This document shows positions 57,352-64,000 of a stretch of DNA of 64,000 bases, piece by piece; the stretch's first letter is position 1; each line of letters opens with the position of its first letter. A program made the translations under genes and the position numbers. This DNA is from an uncultured Candidatus Binatia bacterium (GTDB lineage: Bacteria; Desulfobacterota; Binatia; Bin18), in the NCBI GenBank assembly GCA_965214605.1, contig OZ243961.1, forward strand, positions 2,240,001 through 2,304,000, written 5' to 3'. Under the pieces are notes generated by a model. It was not told the DNA's origin and searched no databases. It saw only the letters and a list, made by a program, of their open reading frames with translations.

Positions 57352-57936
57352 ATGCGGATTGGTTTGCTCACAGACACCCACCTGCCGAGCACAATCCAGC
57401 ACTTATGGGACGAAGTCAAAGACGTCTTTGCCGGGGCGGACCTGATTCTGCACGGCGGCGACATTGTAACACCCCGGGTGCTGGACTGGCTCGAACAGAT
57501 CGCCCCGACCCTGGCTGCGGAGGGCAATAACGACAGCAGCGGTTGGCAGGACCCCCGCATGAAGACCATTCAGTGGCTCGATCTTGAGGGCTGGCGGGTA
57601 GCCCTGATCCACGATATGGAGCCCGAGGATCGCCCGATTGCGCACCTGAGAGAGGTCTACCTTAAGGGCAAACACGCCGACATTCTTATTACCGGCCACA
57701 CCCACTATGAGCGTTTGGACTATCGGGACGGGGTGCTGCAAATCAATACCGGCAGTGCCACCCACCCGCATCTGTGGTCAACCCGGCTGGGGACGGTTGG
57801 TCTGCTCGACCTGGCACCGGGTAAAATCACGGCTCAGGTCATCAAGCTCGGCGACAGCCCAAACCTCCCCAATCCGGGCCGGGAATTGTTTTTCGACCTC
57901 CAGGCGTATCAGGCCCGGCGGGCGGCGCAGCAGTAG
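57352..57936 (+). CDS. Metallophosphoesterase (YfcE-like)
   Basis: DTH, HGGD, GNND and GHTH motifs. Confidence 0.92.
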   Translation: MRIGLLTDTHLPSTIQHLWDEVKDVFAGADLILHGGDIVTPRVLDWLEQIAPTLAAEGNNDSSGWQDPRMKTIQWLDLEGWRVALIHDMEPEDRPIAHLREVYLKGKHADILITGHTHYERLDYRDGVLQINTGSATHPHLWSTRLGTVGLLDLAPGKITAQVIKLGDSPNLPNPGRELFFDLQAYQARRAAQQ

Positions 57937-58033
57937 CGCCCCATTCATCAGTCCCGCTCAAATCAGAATAGCTGCGGCAAGCTGCTCCAACTCAGCAGCG
58001 CCTCATCCCCCTCGGTGTGAGTCAGCCGGACCG

Positions 58034-58631
58034 TCACCTGATCAGCCCCGGCCCGTTCCAAGACATCCAATTCCTTAACCCGTCCGAAATTCTACCGGCA
58101 TACCGAAGGCAACGATTTCCAGCGTCCGTGGATCGCGTTCCGCCTGCTCGGCCAAGGTAGTAAGGTGCCGCTCGCCCAGCAGCGGTCTCCTCTACCGTGA
58201 CCCGAGCCGGAATCCAACTGTCGCCCCGGTCGGCGCGTTGGAAGACCTTGGCATCCATGCTGCCCAACAACACAGGCGGATGGGGTTTCTGGACTGGTTT
58301 GGGGAAACAGCGCACTGGTGGAAACCGATAATAGCGCCCTTGATAACTAGACTCCTCCTGTGTCCACAGTTGCTGCATGGTCCGGACGGCACCCCCGGTC
58401 TGCGTCCAGCGGCGCGGGAAGTCCACCCCCCATGATCTCGGCCTCTTCTCTAAGCCGGCCAGCTCCGATACCGAACAGAAATCGACCGCCGGAACACGCG
58501 TCAAGCGTTGCCACCCGCTTCGCCAGTAGCATGAGGGTTGTGCTCCGGCACCCAGAACGAGGCAAAGCCCAAGGTCTCGGCCCGCTGAGCGAGAACCGCC
58601 GGATCGGTTGAATAGTCAGTCGCAAAGACAA
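58034..58631 (-). pseudogene. LLM-class oxidoreductase pseudogene
   Basis: LAKRVATLDACSGGRFLFGIGAG and LWTQEESSYQGRYYRFPPVRCFPKPVQKPHPP lie in different frames; both ends are eroded. Confidence 0.85.
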
Positions 58632-58646
58632 CGACTTTCATCCAAA

Positions 58647-59096
58647 TCAGTGTCTATGCGGGAGCGGCTCAATACCAGTCTGTCCGCCAAAGCACGGCAA
58701 GTCGTCTCCGAACGTTATCCACTCAGCCCGATCCGAAAAATAATAGTGCGCCTCCGGCTGGCGGTCGATCTTATCGTGTAGGTTGGCCAAGACGATATCA
58801 ACCACATCCGGGTGATGGTTTGATATGCAGAACATGGTGCTGCCGCACACTCGGCAGAACGAGCGGCGCCCATGGTCTGAAGAGGAGTAGACAGTCAGCC
58901 GTTCTTCACCGTCCACGAATCGGAACTGAGAATCCTTGACCGCAATCCAGGTCACATAGCCCGCTCCGTGAATGCGCCGACACATCGAGCAGTGACAGTG
59001 TCCACAGAACAGGGTTGGTAGACTGACTTCAAACCTAACCGCCCCACAGAAACACGATCCTCTGACCGGCCTACTCTCTTCGTCGGTTTCACCCAT
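58647..59096 (-). CDS. GFA (Mss4-like) family protein
   Basis: GSCFCGAV, CHCSMCRR and RSFCRVCGS Zn motifs. Confidence 0.92.
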   Translation of the reverse strand: MGETDEESRPVRGSCFCGAVRFEVSLPTLFCGHCHCSMCRRIHGAGYVTWIAVKDSQFRFVDGEERLTVYSSSDHGRRSFCRVCGSTMFCISNHHPDVVDIVLANLHDKIDRQPEAHYYFSDRAEWITFGDDLPCFGGQTGIEPLPHRH

Positions 59097-59196
59097 GATT
59101 TTCTCCTTAATGAGACAAAGGATGATCATAGATCATCGTCGTTCACCTTGTCACCGTCTCCGTGTACCCTGGATTCGAAGTGTTCGGCAAGCCTCG

Positions 59197-59967
59197 TCAA
59201 AACCACACGCGTACCCCGGCGACAAAGGCCAACGTATCCACGGCCGCTCCCGCCCGACGGGCAAGAGCGGCGGTCTTCCCAATTCTACGCAGCCAGGAAA
59301 CACCTAGATAAGGGGCAAACTCGCGCCGGATTTCAAAACGAAGGCGTAAGCCCCATTCGATATTGTTTAGTCCCGCACCAATGTCGAATTGTTCCATATC
59401 TTGGGCGGCCAAGTCCAGCTCAAGGCGCGTTTGAGCGATCAGGCGTTGGGTTAGAAGTAAGTCGTATTTTCCGGTGAACCGGATGGAGACGTCTCCGTCG
59501 TCACTTACAAAGAACGCTGGTTCCGCCTCAATCCAGTACGGGGTATGTCCCTCGGCACTGAGCGTCAGAAAGGTTTGCGACCGCTCAGGCTCCTCACCAT
59601 AGTGCTGGTCATAGCGAACACCGGCCCGGAGATCCCAAAAAGGACTGACTAAGCGACTGTAGAGCAACTGGACCTCCGCTTCTCCGCTGCTGTCTTCCGA
59701 CAGCTCGGATTCCCCCTCGGTTTTTATCCAGAACTTGTGATAGTCTCTTCCCACCCATCCCTCAACGTTCCAGTTCAGGGTTTCCATCCCATTGCCGCCA
59801 CGGTATTCAAGCTGATCAAACAGCAGAAAGCTGAACACCCGGTCGCCCATTCCCGGCTTCGGCCAGTCCGGTGGAGCGGCAAGCGCGCAAACCGGCTGAA
59901 ACGAAACCACCGCATAGACAAAGGCCGGGATCAACCAAGAAGAGGGCTTTGTGTACCTCTGCCTCAT
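59197..59967 (-). CDS. copB: Copper resistance protein B (outer membrane)
   Basis: DQLEY, KFWIKTEGE, YDLLLTQRL, GLRLRFEIRREFAPY, terminal VWF; overlaps the copA stop. Confidence 0.92.
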   Translation of the reverse strand: MRQRYTKPSSWLIPAFVYAVVSFQPVCALAAPPDWPKPGMGDRVFSFLLFDQLEYRGGNGMETLNWNVEGWVGRDYHKFWIKTEGESELSEDSSGEAEVQLLYSRLVSPFWDLRAGVRYDQHYGEEPERSQTFLTLSAEGHTPYWIEAEPAFFVSDDGDVSIRFTGKYDLLLTQRLIAQTRLELDLAAQDMEQFDIGAGLNNIEWGLRLRFEIRREFAPYLGVSWLRRIGKTAALARRAGAAVDTLAFVAGVRVWF

Positions 59968-61712
59968 CCCTCTGCCTCCACAGGAGCCGGAGATACCGAG
60001 ACAAGCCGGAACATGCCCGCCTCCATGTGATACAGCAGGTGACAGTGGAACGCCCACAGGCCAGGGGCGTCAACCGTGATATCAACGGACATGCGTTCGG
60101 CCGGTTTCACGCTCAGCGTGTGTTTTTTGGGTTTGTAGAGTCCGGCCCCATTCTCAAGCTCCATCCACATCCCGTGCAGGTGTATCGGATGGTCCATCAT
60201 GGTGTCGTTCACCAAGGTGAGACGAACCCGCTCGCCGTAGTCGAGGGGAATCGGCCGGGTGACCTCAGCGAAGGTCTTGCCATTAAAGGACCACATATAG
60301 CGCTCCATATTTCCGGTCAGATGCAGTTCCAGCTCTCGTCCCGGGAGCCGCTCAGTACCAGAGGTGAGGCTGTGCAGATCGCTGTAGGTAAGGACGCGGT
60401 GGCCGGTCTTTTCAAGTCCAATCCCAGGCTCGCTGAGCCGACTGCGTGGCACCCGTGCAACCATAGCCGCCCCCGGCCCGTGATGGTCCGGGCCATGCGC
60501 CCTGCCGACATGATGGGCATGAGTCGTATGGGGCAGGTGAGCTGATCCAACCTGTTTTCGATAAGTGTGGGCTCGGGATTGAGCGCCATCATGCCCCATA
60601 TCCGCCATAGTCCGTAGCGGCCGTGACCTACGGGCCGGTAAGGCTGCCGTCATGCCCCGACGTGGGGCAAGAAGTCCACACGCATAGCCGCTGCGGTCCA
60701 TAGTCTCGGCAAAAATCGTATAAGCATGATTATCGCGTGGCTCGACAAGCGCGTCATATGTCTCCGCTGGAGCGATACGAAACTCGTCTACCGTGACGGG
60801 CTTCACATTCTGACCATCAGCCTGAATCACCTGCAGCGCCAGCCCCGGTATTCGTACGTCGAAGTAGGTCATGGCCGCGCTATTGATGAACCGTAGCCGG
60901 ACTCGCTCACCAGGCTGAAACAGGGCGGTCCAATTGGCGGACGGCGGCAGGCCATTCATGAGATAGGTGTAGGTGTAGCCGGTCACATCAGCGATATCGG
61001 TTGGGTCCATTCGCATTCGGCCCCACATCAGGCGGTTGGCCAGGGGCGCCTTCCAGCCCTTCTGCGCAGACTCGCGCAGGAAGTTGAGGCCAGTTTGTCG
61101 CTGAAAGTTATAGTAGGTACTGTGCTTTTTGAGCTTTGCCAGGACTCGACGCGGGTCTTCGAAGGTCCAGTCGGACAGCAGCACGATATAGTCACGTTCA
61201 TAGCTGAACGGTTCCGGTTCAACTGGATCAATAATCAGCGGGGCATAGACGCCGGACTGTTCCTGAAGGCCCGAGTGACTGTGATACCAGTAGGTGCCGC
61301 TCTGCCTGACTTGGTAGCGGTAGGTAAACGTCTGGCCAGGGTGGATTCCAGCAAAACTCACTCCAGGCACGCCGTCCATACCGGCTGGGACCAACAGCCC
61401 ATGCCAGTGGAGCGCACTCACTTCTTGGAGTTCGTTGGTGACCCGCAGGATGGCGGTTTGGCCCTCACGCAAGCGAACCAGAGGACCGGGAATAGAACCG
61501 TTTATGGTCGTCGCCACCGCCCTGCGTCCGTCAATGGTTAAGGGTTTGTTCTGAATACACAGATCTATGACAGCTGGGTCGGTCAAGTCACCGGCGCGTG
61601 GTACGGATGGCTGACTTTGCCAGGCATAGGCGGGGACAAGCTGCTCAAGTCCCAGGCCCACGCCAAGCACAGCCGCATCCTGCAGGAAACGCCGTCTTGT
61701 CAATAGATTCAC
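59964..61712 (-). CDS. copA: Copper-resistance multicopper oxidase CopA (Tat-exported)
   Basis: TRRRFL Tat motif; HWHG, WYHSH, HPIHLHG and HCHLLYHMEAGM copper sites. Confidence 0.96.
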   Translation of the reverse strand: MNLLTRRRFLQDAAVLGVGLGLEQLVPAYAWQSQPSVPRAGDLTDPAVIDLCIQNKPLTIDGRRAVATTINGSIPGPLVRLREGQTAILRVTNELQEVSALHWHGLLVPAGMDGVPGVSFAGIHPGQTFTYRYQVRQSGTYWYHSHSGLQEQSGVYAPLIIDPVEPEPFSYERDYIVLLSDWTFEDPRRVLAKLKKHSTYYNFQRQTGLNFLRESAQKGWKAPLANRLMWGRMRMDPTDIADVTGYTYTYLMNGLPPSANWTALFQPGERVRLRFINSAAMTYFDVRIPGLALQVIQADGQNVKPVTVDEFRIAPAETYDALVEPRDNHAYTIFAETMDRSGYACGLLAPRRGMTAALPARRSRPLRTMADMGHDGAQSRAHTYRKQVGSAHLPHTTHAHHVGRAHGPDHHGPGAAMVARVPRSRLSEPGIGLEKTGHRVLTYSDLHSLTSGTERLPGRELELHLTGNMERYMWSFNGKTFAEVTRPIPLDYGERVRLTLVNDTMMDHPIHLHGMWMELENGAGLYKPKKHTLSVKPAERMSVDITVDAPGLWAFHCHLLYHMEAGMFRLVSVSPAPVEAEG

Positions 61713-61761
61713 TGTCGGTCTCCCTTTTGGAGAGCCATCCGACGGCCCTCTCCGAGGACTA

Positions 61762-64000
61762 GATCTATCCCCGCGTGTACGGGGAACCGCGCTGTAAGGC
61801 GTCTACCAACCCGGTCGGCTGAATCTATCCCCGCGTGTACGGGGGAACCGTCTGACCGGAGACCAGATTGCGCCGGGAAATCGGTCTATCCCCGCGTGTA
61901 CGGGGGAACCTAAGGAACATATAGTGGCAACAAGGCGGGACGGGGTCTATCCCCGCGTGTACGGGGGAACCATTTCATCACCCCGATAGAGGAGTCGAAC
62001 TATGGGTCTATCCCCGCGTGTACGGGGGAACCCTCGTAGTACGCGCGGTAGGCCTCGGTCAGCTGGGTCTATCCCCGCGTGTACGGGGGAACCCTGTCCT
62101 GTTAGCGCTATGAGTCTCTTCTTTAGGGTCTATCCCCGCGTGTACGGGGGAACCGCCCCATCCCTCCTGCTGTGCGGCTTCAATAAAGGTCTATCCCCGC
62201 GTGTACGGGGGAACCAACGCGAGGACAACGGTGACCACTACTATATCAGGTCTATCCCCGCGTGTACGGGGGAACCAAGGCCCCTCTCCGGGTGAATGTC
62301 TGGATCTGCGGTCTATCCCCGCGTGTACGGGGGAACCCACTAACCATCCACACACACCTGGGCTGGATCGGGTCTATCCCCGCGTGTACGGGGGAACCTG
62401 TTGGTTGTTTTTCGTGTTCGCCATGACTCTGGGTCTATCCCCGCGTGTACGGGGGAACCGTCACCGTTCTTCGATTGATTGTTAGTCCTTAGGGTCTATC
62501 CCCGCGTGTACGGGGGAACCGTATCGGACACCTCAACAGTCAGATCATAAAGAGGTCTATCCCCGCGTGTACGGGGGAACCCGCACATGGACATAGAGAT
62601 AAGAGCAGTTGCCAGGTCTATCCCCGCGTGTACGGGGGAACCCTTGGAACAGCGAGGAAATAAACAATCTGTCAGGGTCTATCCCCGCGTGTACGGGGGA
62701 ACCCTGCTCACTCCCTGTCCCGCGCTCACTCCCTGGGGTCTATCCCCGCGTGTACGGGGGAACCAGACTCTAAGAGGAACCCGTACTCAGATAGCAAGGT
62801 CTATCCCCGCGTGTACGGGGGAACCGTGTTGACACATCCTCTCCAGGATATACGATATGGTCTATCCCCGCGTGTACGGGGGAACCTCATCTTCTTTTGT
62901 TGGGACATAAAGAAGATAAGGTCTATCCCCGCGTGTACGGGGGAACCTCCTTTCCGGTACTGGAGAGGCCCCCCTAGCGAGGTCTATCCCCGCGTGTACG
63001 GGGGAACCTGGTGGTGTAGTCGCTCTGTAAAAAAATCCCAAGGTCTATCCCCGCGTGTACGGGGGAACCGCCCGGACAGTGCAATCCTGAACATGATCGT
63101 AGGGTCTATCCCCGCGTGTACGGGGGAACCCTGGCCGAGGTGCTCATAATCCTCTCATGATGAGGTCTATCCCCGCGTGTACGGGGGAACCATGCGAGAA
63201 CCATTTATAGCCAAGCGAAAAAGAGGTCTATCCCCGCGTGTACGGGGGAACCCCGGAGGTCGACCGTGAGCTGTTCCTCGAGGGGGGTCTATCCCCGCGT
63301 GTACGGGGGAACCCCAAATCGACATTCCCCCCGGCGGTGAAGCTGAGGTCTATCCCCGCGTGTACGGGGGAACCCAAATAGACGTCGCGTTGGCAGTATT
63401 CCCCAAAGGTCTATCCCCGCGTGTACGGGGGAACCTTGGGCATACGACGCACCGAACACCCGGTATTCGGTCTATCCCCGCGTGTACGGGGGAACCCGAT
63501 ATATCGTCGAAACGATCGGTTCTTCGAGGGGTCTATCCCCGCGTGTACGGGGGAACCTCCCGCCGTTGGTGGAGCTGCCGCCCCGCATGAGGTCTATCCC
63601 CGCGTGTACGGGGGAACCTCTGTAGCCCTCTTCGAATAGCTCCTTTTCAAAGGTCTATCCCCGCGTGTACGGGGGAACCTCGAAAAACAAGAGCCAGCTT
63701 TTTAAAGATCTGGGTCTATCCCCGCGTGTACGGGGGAACCGGCCAGGCGGGCAGGCGGGCAGGCTGTGTCAAAGGTCTATCCCCGCGTGTACGGGGGAAC
63801 CCTGGCCGAGGTGCTCATAATCCTCTCATGATGAGGTCTATCCCCGCGTGTACGGGGGAACCCCAGCGCGACAAGCCTTTTTTTCAACTGAATAGGGTCT
63901 ATCCCCGCGTGTACGGGGGAACCCGACACGGTTCAACTTGACTTCGGTCTACATGTGGTCTATCCCCGCGTGTACGGGGGAACCTTTATCAACAGGAAGC
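61762..64000 (-). CRISPR. Type I-E CRISPR array: 37 repeats, 36 complete spacers, continues beyond the window
   Basis: 28-bp repeat GGTCTATCCCCGCGTGTACGGGGGAACC (reverse complement GGTTCCCCCGTACACGCGGGGATAGACC, I-E-like with ATAGACC handle). Period 61 bp, spacers 33 nt. The two leftmost repeats are degenerate (trailer end), so the leader lies to the right. Confidence 0.98.

Noticed and set aside
62002-63941. Several ORFs with repeating GLSPRVRGN / VYPRVYGGT
   Set aside because: Translations of CRISPR repeats.

Overview
A GC-rich bacterial chromosomal window. Its catabolic gene content (LLM/F420 oxidoreductases, amidohydrolase, SDRs, P450, PQQ dehydrogenase) suggests a Binatia/deltaproteobacterium-like organism; this is inference only. 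1-22 kb: housekeeping and catabolic genes (adenylate cyclase-AAA-TPR, MFS, SDR, uppP, thiolase, an orphan gspHIJK cluster, acyl-CoA dehydrogenase, amidohydrolase, SLT, putA, and a Rieske-P450-PQQ dehydrogenase cluster). tRNA-Leu(CAA) at 23070-23153 is followed by a roughly 22-kb accessory/defence island. The island holds decayed toxin-antitoxin loci, a frameshifted PAPS-reductase-like gene, an intact ABC-ATPase/DUF3226 pair, remnants of IS5, IS4, IS701, IS630, IS3, a group II intron and ssb, a four-gene Druantia type I-like system with an apparent DruB-DruC fusion, and a truncated SNF2 helicase. 45-62 kb: a UGA-recoded UGSC selenoprotein with its partner gene, more catabolic genes, a candidate sigma54-dependent small RNA with an anti-Shine-Dalgarno loop, and copAB. 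The window ends in a type I-E CRISPR array (37 repeats, runs off the right edge; no cas genes in the window). All family calls come from motif recognition by eye; no database searches were run.
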